From assembly GCA_965644295.1 (NCBI GenBank), contig CBFFRP010000237.1:1-58581 (forward strand): a stretch of 58,581 bases of DNA, written 5' to 3'. Position 1 is the stretch's first letter. Every line of letters starts with the position of its first letter. The notes under the pieces are model-generated. The model made no database searches and was not told where the DNA came from. It saw nothing but the letters and a program-made list of their open reading frames with translations. This document shows, in pieces, positions 26,750-39,430 of this stretch. This stretch comes from Paraphysomonas bandaiensis (taxonomy: Eukaryota; Protista; Chrysophyceae). Position numbers and translations under genes: made by a program.

Positions 26750-27315
26750 ACTGTGCTATTAGAAGTATAATTTAACCGTGTGTAAGAGTCAGAACTAGTG
26801 TAGCGTTGCAAATTAACTAACTTGTGCTGCTTAACTCTGACATCCTACTATTTTTCACGCTACGAAAAGCTGCTTGCGCGTCACCGCAAGCACCATGGTG
26901 CAACCACATTCGCTCTATCACTCAAATCAATCGCATTGAGCAAGCATAATATTAAGTTTAGATATACCTGACGTTTGCTAACTTCAGGATTTTTGAGTCT
27001 CCTTTTAAGGGGATGCCATTGATGTGGGCCCATTCCCGGATGTTTGACCTCAGGAGGTAGCCCAATACTCCGGATGCCTTGAGGTGTGGGCCCAGTCCCG
27101 GATGCCTGCTGTCTATTTTTGTCAGGTCCAAAAAGACGTCAACACAAGTGACACTTATATAAGTATCCCTTGTATCACACAAGCATTAAGCTATGGGTGG
27201 GCAGAATCATATCTGCTGACTATATATATGCAGCTCACGTTAGTTTCCCGGAGATATATCTCCGGGACTTATCCCCCAGAACACCACGAAAAGGTGCGAG
27301 TCCGACTTTGTTGAG
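26750..27315 (-). mobile_element. SINE-like element copy B (plus a partial 3' module at ~27370-27480)
   Basis: Collinear similarity to copies E and F along its length. Confidence 0.85.
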
Positions 27316-28057
27316 CTTTCAAACTGCGTGTAGACAGGTAAAAGGCATGATTTAGCATTGCAATATTTTAACAAACTAGTATTTAACTCTGATATTATCC
27401 TACTATTTTGAGTACGAAAGCTGCTTGTGCGTCACAGCAAGAACCAAAGTGCAACCACATTCGCTCTATCACTCAAAGCAAACACAGTGAGCATGATGGT
27501 GAATAACTATTTACCAACATCATTAGTAATAATCAAATCCAAGCAACAATATGTCGAAATTGCTGATGATAACTCAGTCGTTGCTTGTTTTGAAAACTCA
27601 AATTTCAAGTTAAAAGCAAGAAGGCAATATTTTCTTCTCTACAACACTGTAATTTGATACTTACCCAGTGAGTTATTACTGGAGAATAAATATATTATCA
27701 TGATAATTCAATTATCTATATATTGCAGCATATTTTTGGGTACAATAGTATTGCTGTCAGATCATTTGAACAGGAGCGGCAAGGACTATAAAAATAACAT
27801 ACGTGGAACTTAGGCATGGCTCATCCAGATATGGGCAACGATTAATATTAGTCATGGTCTGTTATTACAAGTATATACGATAGTAGAAATATCGCAAGAC
27901 ACCAAGTAACATAGTGTACATGTGGCAACTATTGCTATCCCAGTCGTATGCACATATCATGTACATAAAATCAATTTATATCAATATGGGCGAACCCGAC
28001 GGAAAATGTTGGTATAGGTCGTCACCTCTACCTAATCAGTCAATCGGCGGTGATAAA

Positions 28058-28940
28058 CTACAAGGATCCTCCTTCAACTATATTCTCGCTTCCACTCCAT
28101 TCAAAGTTTGCCATTGCAATTTCATCAGCAGGTGAAACAACTCTATGGCATTTTCCCTGTTTCCCAGCCCCATACAGGACGTGTAAAGGAATCAGGTGTT
28201 CTTCGTGCCCTATCTTGTGGGCTTCCCGAGCAGATGGGGCATTGAACCAATTAATTAGTCGATTTAACCGCTAATTAGAAGTGATAGAAGATGAAGTAAA
28301 TGTTTCTTCTAGATACATATTCCAAATATGGCTATGGCGGACGCCTTCCCGACGAGTAGATTCGTTTCGTGTGAAGAAATAGTCAAAATTATGAAATGAT
28401 GCTCCAGAACCAACGATTAAAACACCTTGACGGCGAAGAAGTTATAATGCTTCTCCCATGCGAATATGTAGCTGGGGATCAAGCGAAGATTGTAAAGAGA
28501 GTGCCACAACAGGAATATCACCATTGGGATAAAGGAGCTTAAGTGGGACAAATACACCATGATCCCAACCACGTTTGGAATCTTCTTTTCACTCCAATCC
28601 AGCTGATTGGAGCATATCACGAACTGTATGAGCTAATTGGGGGGATCCAGGAGCGTTGTAGGTGTATCGGTAGGCCTCATGAGGGAATTCATAGTAATCA
28701 AACAACAGCGGGTGAGATTCACCAGAGGAAACAGTAAACGAATCCGCAATCCAGTGAGCAGTAATTACTATACATCCGATTAGCAATTACTTCAAGTTGC
28801 GGATGTATACCTAATATGGCTTTTGGGATGGGGCGGGACTTCCTATAATCTGATAGCAGGTTAGCCACACCCGGCTGTCTGCCAAGGAGAGGAAGGGGCC
28901 CTCCGCCATGATTAACAAATATACAAGGCTGTTCTGACAT
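28058..28940 (-). pseudogene. LigB-family extradiol dioxygenase (4,5-DOPA dioxygenase/YgiD-like) pseudogene
   Basis: HGGGPLP, ITAHW, DYYEFP..Y.Y.APGSP, RGWDHGVFVPL, IVGSGASFHN, EEHLIPL. One 43-nt intron (28810-28768). Three in-frame stops: TGA 28589-28591, TAA 28442-28444, TAG 28271-28273. Confidence 0.9.
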
Positions 28941-29104
28941 AGAAGAAAGGGATGTGTCTTTGGGATGACTTTGTCGACGAAAATGACTAAATCTGTCTAT
29001 CTACATGGGCACGACTCAACTCATCAATTATCTGCCTTGGATGGACCATACAGCAGCGCTACCGTATGTCACTATGGAATACAGAATACCGAATAGGAAT
29101 TCTT

Positions 29105-29299
29105 CCGGGAGACGTTTTTCGACAAAGCGGACCAGTCTGGTCCCACTTCATTTTTTTGTATTGTGTTTTTTCGTATGGAATGTGAGTGTAGAGCTTTGAA
29201 ATTGTAGTCAAAATGAGTACAATTTTTTTATTTCGACTGGGACCAAATACAGACCGACAAGTGGGGGGCTGGTCCACTTTGTCAAAAAACGTCTCCCGG
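29105..29299. mobile_element. MITE with ~33-bp TIRs (possibly Tc1/mariner-like)
   Basis: ccggggagacgtttttcgacaaagcggaccag versus the reverse complement of the right end, ccgggagacgttttttgacaaagtggaccag. Confidence 0.75.
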
Positions 29300-29539
29300 T
29301 ATAGACTGGCAAACGGAGGCAAATATCCGTGAGTTACCCGGCTTCTTATTTTTGAATATTTTGACAGTTAGTATTCATATTTATGTGCATAGTGTGCGTT
29401 TATCCGCTGAGATAATTTATACTTAAGAGAGTAAGGATATGACACTGTTTTTCATTGGTATTGTTTTGTATCAGTAAGATATAAGGGGAGTCTTTCTGCT
29501 AGCTGTTAAGATCTCTGTATATTCAGTGTTATTTTGGCA

Positions 29540-31327
29540 ATGGCAGATACATCGAATTCATCTGGCTCGACATCTCATTATGCCAACCTTCTTTCAACTG
29601 TATCGGAACTCCGTTCTGATCTGGAGCAAACAGTGTCGAAAATGCACACTCTTGAGGAGCAAAACCAATCACTTCAGTCAAATTATGAGCTAATTAAGGA
29701 AGATCTCATTGAAACCCGTAAGAAATACAATGAAGCTAGGGAGAACTATATGGCCACAGCCGCGGCGAAGTTGGAGGCTCAAAGGCAAAGTGAAGCTTTT
29801 ATCGAAAAGATCAAATACCAGCTTTCGGAAAAAACAAAAGAATTCGAGCAGCACCGTGACAAGTACACACCTCAAGATATTGAATATGTTCGCATTCAAG
29901 TCCAGGAAGATTTAGAAGTGTCCCATCGTCAAAAAATTCAATCCATGGAGGCTGATATCGAGAAACAGAAGCAATTATATTTTAATACTCGTCGTGAGCT
30001 TGAAAGAGTTAAAACAGAGTTTGAAGCTCTTTCACAGAGCCGTCATAAAGAGCTTCATGTGCAGCGGGAGGAGCACGAGGAAACCGTAGCAGCACTTCGA
30101 CGACAGGTGTCGGAGCTTCAATTACGGGACTATACTCCTGACAAGGATGACAAAATGCGAGCTCAGCGCGCTCGTATTAACGAACTGGAGAGCTCTCGTA
30201 AAACATTGGAAGATGAAGTGGCATCTCTTCAACGGGAGCGAGATGATGCGCTGCATTCTTACGACGTTGCACGGTCCCGACACGAAGAAGCATTTGTCGA
30301 GCTTCGTGGCAAGCTTGCATTAACTGAAGCCGATAAGCAAGCTCTAGAACACAAGGTTGGGTCTCTTACTGCCTCCCTTACTGCGGCAGAGAACCAGGTA
30401 CAATCCAAACGTCAGTCAGTGGAGGAGCTGGAACGATCTCTGCGGCATGCTAGGCAGCTTCTTGAGGAGCGTGAGAATACGGTCAAGGCCTTGCGTGAGA
30501 CAGGAGTAGATGAAGTGGCAAAGCTAGAGGCTACCTTGGAAACAGAACGAAGTGAACTGTCATCTCGCATTGATTCTCTTGAGAGTCGATTAGCTGATCG
30601 TGAGGCAATCGTTCGCCGGTATCAGCGGGATACGGTGGACATGCAATTGCGCGCAGAAAGCCTTATCACTGAACAGCGTCGATCTCACTCTCAGCAAATT
30701 CTTGAGGCAAGGCAACGAGCTGATGCTCTCGAGCTTGAGGCTCTAGAGTTGAGAGAGTCCGCAAGAGCTACGGAGTCACACCACTCCCACACGATAGATC
30801 AACACCTTGCAGAAAATGACCGCCTCCGTTCCGAAGTTTCTCGGTTACAGAGAGAGAAGGAGATTTTGCATACGCAGCTTCGCGATGTGGAGCAAAAGTA
30901 CACCACGGAGAAACAACGCATTGGAGATATTCGTCGGGCTGCGGATGAAGCACAAAGACTCTTGAAATCTAAAATAAATACATTGGAATCGGAGATCCAC
31001 ACTATAGAGAAGAAGTATGTAGCTACCCGCGAAAAGCTGAGGTCTGCTGAAGAATCCCGCGAAAAACTGAGGATTGAATGTGAGCGGCAGGTAGAATGTG
31101 TACAGCAAGAGGGTGAGAGGAGATATGAAGAGCTTGGACGAACCTACCGCGCCAAGCTTGAAGATATGAAGAACAAGGTCAAGAAAGCAGTTCATAAGGA
31201 GAGGAAAAGAGGTGATGCGTACAAAGACCACGCCCTCACAGCACACAGAAGAGGAAAGGCGTTGTCTAATGCTGCGCTTGCAATGGCTACTGGAGACGAC
31301 GTGCCACTGGCAACCACACAGTTCTGA
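29540..31327 (+). CDS. CEP83: Centrosomal/distal-appendage coiled-coil protein CEP83 (CCDC41)-like, 595 aa
   Basis: Intronless long coiled coil. The segment LSEKTKEFE..TPQDIEYVRIQVQEDLE...E.DIEK.K.LY...R.E....K.EFE resembles the conserved CEP83 block (EKTK..E..TPQ.LE..R.QIQQELE), recalled from memory. Confidence 0.7.
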   Translation: MADTSNSSGSTSHYANLLSTVSELRSDLEQTVSKMHTLEEQNQSLQSNYELIKEDLIETRKKYNEARENYMATAAAKLEAQRQSEAFIEKIKYQLSEKTKEFEQHRDKYTPQDIEYVRIQVQEDLEVSHRQKIQSMEADIEKQKQLYFNTRRELERVKTEFEALSQSRHKELHVQREEHEETVAALRRQVSELQLRDYTPDKDDKMRAQRARINELESSRKTLEDEVASLQRERDDALHSYDVARSRHEEAFVELRGKLALTEADKQALEHKVGSLTASLTAAENQVQSKRQSVEELERSLRHARQLLEERENTVKALRETGVDEVAKLEATLETERSELSSRIDSLESRLADREAIVRRYQRDTVDMQLRAESLITEQRRSHSQQILEARQRADALELEALELRESARATESHHSHTIDQHLAENDRLRSEVSRLQREKEILHTQLRDVEQKYTTEKQRIGDIRRAADEAQRLLKSKINTLESEIHTIEKKYVATREKLRSAEESREKLRIECERQVECVQQEGERRYEELGRTYRAKLEDMKNKVKKAVHKERKRGDAYKDHALTAHRRGKALSNAALAMATGDDVPLATTQF

Positions 31328-31571
31328 TGAACCTATATATGTTGTAGTGCTTTAATATATATGCTGTTATCACTTCTGTACAAGCTACTGTGTGATATCA
31401 AGAGCTGTGTATATGAGTGTAATAAAAAAGTTTATCATATGTTTGAAATGTGTGTGGCAACATATACATCATTCTGGACGTCGACCTTACTAGAGTCCCT
31501 GCAATGAAAAGAGGATTAAACGTCAAGCGCTGTTACCTGATACACTTGTGGGGACATTGTTGAGTATAAGA

Positions 31572-34468
31572 TAGTGAATGTCTGATTATTTAGCAATAGG
31601 CGTTGAGACCTTGCAGCAATTAGTGGCTAGAAGAATGCTAGTCATACTAGTTAGACCACTACCCGTAACTAATCAATACAAACTCTTTTATCCTACTATT
31701 TAACGCTACGAAAGCTGCTTGTGCGTCGCCGCAAGCACCAAGGTGCAACCACTTCCGTTCTTTTGTGTGATATGAAATTCGCCTTTATCGTGTGTCCGTG
31801 GACTCACCGGCGCTATTGATCTGGGGGTCTCCCTTTGGGATGGGTCTCCATTGGTGTTGGAGGGGGCTCAGCGTTCTGGATTAGGGTCCTGAGTGCACCT
31901 AGTTCCAGATGTGTGGGTTGAGAGTGGTGGGGATTGTTGGGAGGAGGAGTTGGGTTTGTAGTCTGTGTTACTTTGCTCCTGTGGGGCCGCGGGTGTAGAT
32001 AGAGTTGTCGAAGCCGTCGGCGTTGTGGAGGTCTGGGCAGTCCAGTGCTCTGTCGGGTAGGACCTGTGAGGTGTGCACGTGTGTCTGGAGTCGGGGACGC
32101 TGTGGGGGGTCTTCGTTGGACCCCGAGTAGTCGAAGGACTCTCGGACGTTGTCTTGACTGACTGCGTTTCGGACGGGGTCTCGGGAGTAGCCTGGGCGGC
32201 CTTTTGGACATGGTGATATAGCGACAACCGCGATCCTGTAGCATAAGCTTCGCTGCAGTGTAAAGCGGTTGCAGGAGATTAATAACCGCTGTTTCTAGGT
32301 TCCGTAGACTGTGTGCCGTCAGGTGGTTGTGTATGGCATCTTCGAAGACCGTTTCCAGTTGGGCTGCTGTGATGGTTCCAGTCCAGTATCTCTCGACCTG
32401 TGGGATGGAGGGATTCCAGGCTCTGCTGGAGAGTCTCCGTAGTGCAGTTGTGATCCAGTTGGGTAAGGTCTGAGTTCTCTGTATTTCGTGGAGCACATTT
32501 TTATGCGATTGAAATGCAGTTTCCCTTATTTGGGTGATGGATTCATGTGTGCAGTCGAGGCACATATGTTTTAGGGAATCTAGTCGAAACCCGCAGTCAG
32601 AGCATGCGGCTTTGGTCAGGTCAAGCCCCTGTTTGGTTTTGGCCCGGTTCCTCCCTATGCAGAAAGATTTGTCCCATGTCAGTGCCGTGTTGAGTATTCT
32701 TTGGCGTAGATTTGAGCTGAGTTTGTCTTTGGATGCACTGCCATCCGCTTGAGCTAGTTTGCGCGGGAGGTGTACTCCGCTATTGGTCCAGTAGCCAGGC
32801 GCTCGATCAGGATTGTGTCCGTAGCGTTGATCTCTGGTTGAAGTGTAGTTCTCAAGTGTCCTTAGGTCGCAGAGATCCTGGAAATTAGTAAGGAGTGGGC
32901 TAGAGTAGTATGGCCGTCTTGTACTGTGCATACGCCAGTGCCATAATCCAGCAGTTAGTAAGCGTTCGATGGCACTGTCAATCGCAATTGTGCAGACAGT
33001 GTAGTTATTTTTTCCAAGGATGCGATCGACTTCATGCCAGTCTTCACCCGCAACTGCGTCCGCAATATAGATGCCCTTGTCCTCAAACGTCCACTCCGTT
33101 TCATCTGTGGTACGTCGTTCGGGATGAGACCTCACCCAGGTCACCTGTCGTTTGCAATCTCTGCTGGCTGCGATGCTTTCGAGTAGTACCCCTTTTGCAC
33201 GGTGACCGAGAGCTCTGCGTCTTGTGGAGAGTGCTTCCTCAGTGCGGGTGCACACTGCCTGACAGTCTGTGTGGCTTCTTATGTGTTCGGGAATACGTGT
33301 TGAGAGTATAAGCCCCATGGCTGTGCCTATGAGTTCATATGCGTATGAGTCCAAACCGGGCACGTCACGAAAGGGTGTATCTAGTCGTAGTATTGTGGTT
33401 GTACCATCTTCCCAGGCATTTTCTGGGGGTAAGTAGACGACCGCTGCACCTCCTCGGTGTGTCCATCGGGTTCGCGGATTGACATGAGTGAGGCGACGAG
33501 TGGAGAGCGCACTGGCTGTGTATGATCCATCTGTGAAGATAGCCTTGAAAGTATCTGGTTGGACACTATTAAGGCCGAGTTCTTGTTTTAGGTTGGTCAG
33601 CATGTGTTCATCCTGTGGTTCGGGGGGCTCAGGTTCCTGAAGGGTAAGGCCCAATTCCGTTCCCCATTCCCTGAGGCTGAGAACATAGTGGTGGTATTGG
33701 GGCTGTGGCTCTGTTGTCTGAGTGAGTAGAAAATGTGCTGCTTGACCTGCTTCTCCCCCGAGGGTTATTGCGCGCTGTAGAGATCCCCATTTTTGCTCCT
33801 GCGCTGAGTCTGAGAAACGTTTCATACCTAATCCGTTGTGCTTGAGTGAGAGGTAGATCAGTTCCGTGGGGTATCCAGGGCCTAGACTGAGGGCCTTTCT
33901 GTAGAGGGTTGCGCAAGCAGCGTCAATTTCTCTGTACCAGTGTAGCGGCCATGAAGCTTTGGTGGCTCTATAGAGCAAAGTCGGTATGATTTGGGTCTCG
34001 ATAACCATGACTTTACAGCCGGCTGAGGCCTGTTTGATCCCTAGGTGTGTGGTCACGACTTTCAGGTATTTTAGACACCAGTCATGGGAGGCCTTGTCTG
34101 TGATTGTGAGAGGAAGGTCTGCTCCGAGGTAATGTATCGACTCTAGTGATGTTTGGATAGGGACTGGGTGTGGGCGCCATGACCAGTCGTAGAGAATGAT
34201 GTAGCCAATGGGGTCGGAGGACTTGTTGGAATCCTGTAGGATCGGAAACACTGTGCAAACTACTTTGGGGATAGAGAGTTCCATTCCCGAAAGTACGCAG
34301 AACGCAGATATTTGTTGGGCAATGAGTTGGGCAGCGTGTATGGATTTAGCTATTGTGTTAAGATCATCCGCGAAGGAGATCTTTATTTCGCCTGTAGTCG
34401 GAGTCGTGAGTGGAATAGTTGGTAACGTTGGACTCGTTGTTGACAGTTCAATGTCCAGCCACGTGAGA
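31572..34468 (-). mobile_element. 5'-truncated non-LTR retrotransposon (LINE) with RT, RNase H and CCHC domains
   Basis: The frame is open from ~34468 to the stop at 31813. RT motif ISFADDL (~34380-34360) and YLGA. RNase H IFTDGSY / YELIG / HTDCQA / WVRSHPE / IADAVA. CSDC..KHMCLDC. 240-nt 3' UTR. Candidate 9-bp TSD AGTATAAGA at 31563-31571 and 34469-34477. Confidence 0.92.
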
Positions 34469-34655
34469 AGTATAAGACATATATACTATGCATAAATTCA
34501 CTTAATATTTTAAATATTAAACTTTCCATTTTGTCATTGTAGAATTACATCAAAGTTAATCATTACTAATTTTGTGTGCGCCGTTACGTTAGTAATAAAA
34601 GAAGTATATTCGATTATATTATATATTATACACTGCAGAGAGCTAAGGATAGTTG

Positions 34656-34820
34656 TATTTAATCACGGGTAATAAGGAATAAGGAGGCTACATATATGTT
34701 GTCCCGCGCTCAAAATATAAGAGGAAGGCGAAGAGCTCGACTTTCAATATTTGGACAAGGGACGATACTCCTTATCTCTAGGTTAAATTGTAGCGTGTCC
34801 TCATGCTGTTGAAAAACTAG
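34656..34820 (+). repeat. Palindromic non-autonomous repeat, copy 1 (copy 2 at 36887-37037)
   Basis: Internal inverted arms ataaggag..gtccc / gggac..ctccttat. Near-identical right half in both copies. Confidence 0.8.
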
Positions 34821-35024
34821 TATATCTAGTATTATCTAGAACATATACTTGTGTTAGAGGAGAGACTACCATATGGCAGAAGCGGTAGATGCCGATGTAT
34901 ATTTCGTATGTTCAGAAAATATATTTATGTTCAGATGTGAGCGCACATATTCATGAACCAAGTGGCAGATAGGTCACTCCATGTGGAGCACATGAGAATA
35001 GTTGTTGCATTATAAATTTCCGAG

Positions 35025-35361
35025 TATTTAGCAATATAGGCATGTAAGTGTTAAAACTAAACAGAAATCTATCTAGTACTTAATACTAATATATTCTACT
35101 ATTTGACTCTACGGAGGCTGCTTGTGCGTCGCCGCAAGCACCAATGTGCGACCACCTCCGCACTCTGTTCTTAAGGTGAACAGACCGGATGATTGACGTT
35201 TTAGCAGGAAGCCCAATACCCCGGACCCCGGATGCCCTTGAGGTGGGCCCATTCCCGGATGCCTGTTAATTCATCAATCATTAGAGGCTTCCGGGAGAAA
35301 TATCTCTGGTACTTATCCCCCAGAACACCACGAAAAGGTGTGAGTTCAACTTTATTGAGGG
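35025..35361 (-). mobile_element. SINE-like element copy C (internally deleted)
   Basis: 5' CCCTCAAT... module and 3' gcttgtgcgtcgccgcaagcacc module both present. Confidence 0.8.
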
Positions 35362-35512
35362 GGTTGTAAAAAAATTACCATCAGACTTGTGATTACAATC
35401 GCCTTTATGATTCATATATATCATGCACATCAACTCGATGTGAGTTCAACATTCTGTTATACAATAGTATCAACAATGGACACACGCTTTGAAACGCATT
35501 GATTTTATAAAT

Positions 35513-35749
35513 TTATCTATATAATATAATATAATATATAAGTATATTCCATTGTTGTGAAGATCTTAGACCATATAAACCTTTGATGAGATTGAAACAC
35601 CATCCATTTTCTAGCTCCGTTCCGTGGTGGAAGCATATAATATACACAACATCTTCGTCTAGATGGTAAAATAACATTGTTGTTTTACTATTATATGTAG
35701 ATGACATTATAATTGCTCCTGTAGCTATCGATTTTCTGACAATCGCCAA
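35513..35749 (-). pseudogene. Copia-type reverse transcriptase relic
   Basis: LDEDVVY...G...LIKGLYGLRSS.QW resembles the Copia L.E.IY..P.G...L.KSLYGLKQS..W pattern. Confidence 0.6.
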
Positions 35750-35995
35750 AACAAGACGTTTAAGATGAGGGACAATATGTGCAAAAGTTTCTGAACAATC
35801 GCTTTTTACCAGAGAGGGGAACAGAGGTTAAAATTAGATCAAACACAATATGCAAAAGCTGCTTCCATATTGCAGTATAATAGATAAAATTTCTGTGTTT
35901 AGCACTTTATAGACGACCACACCTTGCCTATAATTTATATGTCGGATTACTATATCGAGATGCATTAGTAGTCTGCTTACGTACGCATATATATC

Positions 35996-36540
35996 GTGTC
36001 GATTACCAATTCATTCAATGGTAATAGGTTCGACTTAAATGTGTTATGCGATGCCGACAGAGCCGGCGTCATACTCACGAGAAGTTTGGCTACAGGATAT
36101 ATAGCGCTCTTGTCGCTACGAGAACTAGGACTAGCATTATTGACGCTGCCCACTCGAAGCGTGCAAAAAAAGTCGGAAAACCCAGTCTACCACAATCAAT
36201 CACACTACATTCAGATAAAGTATATTATTGTAAACGGAAAGTTTTTAAAAGCCAGATTAGTACATATATATCAATCAACGATATGGCTGCTGATATATTT
36301 ACGAAAGCGCTATATATATTCTAAGCTGATTAAACACCCCATGAATAAACAATCATAGGGGAGAAGAGGAGTATTTCACATAACTGTGATACAACGAGTG
36401 GGTACTATACAGTACCGTTATATATATGGATTTCACATCCGTTTATCCTGTCTGTAATATGACTAGATTTTGAAAGAATTATGTAGCTGTAGTATAATGA
36501 CGATTTAATAACTTACATTAAGTGGGAGTGTTGGAATACG
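35996..36540 (+). pseudogene. Copia-type RNase H relic followed by possible polypurine tract and LTR start
   Basis: CDADRAG..TRS..TGY, YHNQSHYIQIKY, YISINDMAADIFTKAL. aagtgggag followed by TGTTGGAA at 36529. Confidence 0.7.
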
Positions 36541-36886
36541 TATGCCTCTCTAAAATAGAACTGTACGTACACTAAACTGTAATACGTAGTTAAAAATATT
36601 AGCCAGCTACATCATGATGATTCAAGATAGGGAAGTTGATCAGTGGTTGACATAAGAGAAATCTACAATTTTGTTGTTGATATATTTTACATTGCAACGT
36701 ACAATTGTAATGCAATAATAATCGTATCTATATAGTATTATTACTTTTTAACTTCTTTTTCGATTTAAACCAGCAAAGTTTTCAAAATCTAATAAATTAA
36801 GTTAAATGATAGTTTATTGAAGTGAATGTCTATTGTCTATATTAGTCCCGTGTCCAGGTCAGAAGAAAATGGTAATATTGTTATAT

Positions 36887-37037
36887 TATTTAACCACGGG
36901 CAATAAGGAGGCTATATCGTCCCGCGCTCAAAATTTTGAAACGAGGGTGAAAAGCCCGAGTTCTAAAATTTAGACAAGGGACGATACTCCTTATCCCTAG
37001 GTTAAATTGTAGCTTATCCTCATGACGTTGAAAAGTT
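36887..37037 (+). repeat. Palindromic non-autonomous repeat, copy 2
   Basis: Matches 34656-34820. Confidence 0.8.
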
Positions 37038-37497
37038 AATATTACATTGTATATCTATTTGTAGCATGCTTGCTGTATTAAGAAATAGATGTTCCTTGAT
37101 TAACATTAATAACACAAATGAGAACTCATATAGTTTCAAATCAATGATATGTATACTGTAAGTGTGATGATAAATGTAAACAGTTGAAGGTGAAAGAGAG
37201 GCTTCTTATTGCCTTAATTAGCATCATCATCACATTTATATACAGCAGGCTTTACCTCTGCAAGTGCACTGATCGAAAGATGTGTGTATGATGCGAGACA
37301 CACAATATCCTGAGAAACACGATATGGCTCCAACCCTGAAACAACTGGGTGCCACTGCTCCTAACCACCTATATAGCATCAGATATGGTACTTAAACTCT
37401 CCTGTAATATTCTTGAAGTTGTTTCGAAGTCCTGGATATGAAGACAGATCACTTGCACTGACCTCATTATGATCTTCTACAGCAGTCGAAGGATGGA

Positions 37498-37750
37498 ATA
37501 TAACTTGGAGTTAGATGATCTGCTCTTGGTATTTGGCTTACGATTGTGATTTCTCTATAATTGTGTACTATAATGAAATCACGTACATATGATTGTCATT
37601 ATCATAATGAAGATAGAAGTGAGCTTCTGTTGAACCGAATATTGAAGTTTAATGTCTCTATTTGCCCGGTGCTGATATGAGCGCCCTGTTGAGCCCAAAT
37701 CAGGTCAAAAAAGCTTTTTTTGAGACAAAATGGGGATAATGATTTTTTAC
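37498..37750 (+). repeat. Dispersed repeat, copy 2 (see 10010-10255)
   Basis: Collinear similarity. Followed by ctaaccctaaccct at 37765-37778. Confidence 0.8.
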
Positions 37751-38269
37751 ACACATTTTGCAATCTAACCCTAACCCTGAGTGAAGCTCTATCAATATTA
37801 CTGACTCGATTGTAAAGTGCACTATAAATTTTATACTCCTCATACTATTGATGGTCAAATATTGATCATAGCTATAGATCTTTTAGAAAAACTCTTATAT
37901 TATTGCTTATTAATGAGAAATTACGCCCTTTCGTTCATCGCCAACAACTGCTTTCATCTTTCATAGCCTGATCCTGCACTAGTCTACCCACTTCATTGGT
38001 CGCGTGATAAACAGGATTACAATTTACAGAATAAATTAGAATGATAGCATGGACTTTATTCAAACTATAAACCATAGGGAAAATCAAAACAACGAACGAA
38101 TATTAGGTTGCCACTATTTCCGTCAAATACCAACACGATATGAAATGTAGAGGAGTCTACTTATGACCACGGGAGAAATAATCTATTATTTACATATTCT
38201 CAAAGATTTGTGCAGTGCTACACTGGCATTTACATGTTCTGGGAGCCCACATGACTGTCAAAATATTTA

Positions 38270-38557
38270 CTAGTGACATGCGCGAAGAACCATATTGGTA
38301 AAAGTTTTAGGCGAAATTTTTCCGTATTTCAGCACCACCCATACAAGAATCAATGCGGCGGCTGTTGTTGATAAAACGCCCCACTTTAATATAAGAACCG
38401 CTAATGTTGCACGCAGAAACACAAGAATAAGAACCAAAAACATTATCGCAGCAATTGCGACCAGACCTCCTACTCCTCGAGCGATCAACACAATCAGCTC
38501 ACTGTGAGGGGGAGTATCAAAACTGCCATATAAAGGGTCCTCATCTTCGTCGGCCAT
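38270..38557 (-). CDS. Small membrane protein, 95 aa, 2 predicted hydrophobic helices
   Basis: MADEDEDPLYGSFD acidic start, then long hydrophobic stretches. Divergent from the lipase. No family recognised. Confidence 0.5.
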   Translation of the reverse strand: MADEDEDPLYGSFDTPPHSELIVLIARGVGGLVAIAAIMFLVLILVFLRATLAVLILKWGVLSTTAAALILVWVVLKYGKISPKTFTNMVLRACH

Positions 38558-38673
38558 AATCAATAAAGATACGAAGCTTCTATACAAGTTAAACTAACAC
38601 ACTGGCATCTACATCTCGCGGAATGGATCTGACCATAAATCATAACACATAATACTATAACATGGTCGTACAG

Positions 38674-39430
38674 ATACATACATACATACCTACATACCTA
38701 CATACCTACATACATACATACCTACATACCTACATACCTACATACATACATACATACATACATACATGCATACATACATACATACATACATACATACATA
38801 CATACATACATACATACATACATACATACATACATACATACATACATACATACATACATACATACATACATACATACATACCTACATACATACCTACATA
38901 CATACATACATACATACATACATACATACATACATACATACATACATACATACATACATACATGCATACATACATACATACATACATACATACATACATA
39001 CATACATACATACATACATACATACATACATACATACATACATACATACATACATACATACATACATACATACATACATACATACATACATACATACATA
39101 CATACATACATACACACATACATACATACATACATACATACATACATACATACATACATACATACATACATACATACATACATACATACATACATACATA
39201 CATACATACATACATACATACATACATACATACATACATACATACATACATACATACATACATACATACATACATACATACATACATACATACATACATA
39301 CATACATACATACATACATACATACATACATACATACATACATACATACATACATACATACATACATACATACATACATACATACATACATACATACATA
39401 CATACATACATACATACATACATACATACA

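Noticed and set aside
28058-28940. Stop-codon reassignment or selenocysteine to explain in-frame stops
   Set aside because: All three stop types occur in this one gene. Neighbouring long genes have no internal stops and end in TGA, TAA or TAG normally.
34656-37037. Two direct repeats flanking Copia remnants as candidate LTRs
   Set aside because: They are internally palindromic, lack TG..CA ends and do not abut the putative polypurine tract.
37765-37778. Telomere-like (CCCTAA)n, also gttagggttagg at 4071-4082
   Set aside because: Only about two units each; too short to call a telomere or healing site.
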